Source of the DNA: Lama glama
Lineage: Eukaryota
Reading direction: 5' to 3'
Assembly (NCBI GenBank): GCA_028534125.1
Contig: CM052816.1
Location: 12,154,001 to 12,218,000 of the forward strand
Length of the DNA stretch: 64,000 nucleotides
The notes beneath the pieces were generated by a model. It was not told the DNA's origin and searched no databases. It saw nothing but the letters and a program-made list of their open reading frames with translations. Position numbers and translations under genes: made by a program. Below, in pieces: positions 63,535 to 64,000 of this stretch; within the stretch, counting starts at the first letter, position 1, and every line of letters starts with the position of its first letter.

Positions 63535-64000
63535 GTAAGGCCTTTTATATTTGTCACAGGACAGTGTTTCCTCCACTTACTTATAGGTGGCCTCAGTGAG
63601 TTGTTCCTTGGAGAGCAGGATGTTGTAAGAATTGCACAATTTTATTGCCACACAATAATTTAAATTTGCTACAAAATGGGAATGGGAAGAAACTATGAGC
63701 TGTCTCTATATCTTGCTTTCTATCTTGAAAACTTTTTGCAATTGGTAGTATTACTATTGCCACTTGTTAATACTGCTGTTAGAAAATAAAAGTTACCTAT
63801 TTCTGAGTACAAACTAGAGAAGGAAATTTGAATTTGAATGTCACTATTGAATCATCTTGGACTTAAAGATGAAATAGCAGTCTTCACACTAAAAATACAG
63901 TGAGCAGATCATGTCCACAGAGCTTAGCACTAAAATACAACTATTTTTGTCCCGCTCTCCTATGATAGAAAAAATCCACTTGCTCAAATTTCTGCAGCAA

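Noticed and set aside
1..64000. CRISPR arrays, operons or prokaryotic defence systems
   Set aside because: The sequence is mammalian repeat-rich DNA, with no regularly spaced direct repeats and no long ORFs.

Overview
This is mammalian, not microbial, DNA. It is most likely camelid (alpaca/llama/camel), judged from two tRNA-Ala-derived Vic-type SINEs and young artiodactyl-style L1 3' ends. The window is AT-rich, CpG-poor and largely repeat-derived (MIR, L2, L3/CR1, several L1 generations, MaLR/ERVL solo LTRs, hAT MER elements), with a 500-N assembly gap at 3006-3505. I recognise no protein-coding gene; every ORF with an identifiable protein is a decayed L1 ORF1/ORF2 fragment. The region reads as a large intron or an intergenic stretch, with weak hints of a minus-strand host transcript. 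The most striking directly visible feature is a perfect 54-bp inverted repeat (20241-20294 / 22397-22450). One arm appears native to an ancient LTR, which points to a recent templated inverted insertion. Other leads are a minus-strand recursive-splice-site-like motif (52203|52202), an RE1/NRSE-like site, candidate non-coding or micro exons, and several nested or chimeric TE structures. Repeat family names and boundaries were assigned by eye from remembered consensus features and need RepeatMasker/Dfam confirmation.
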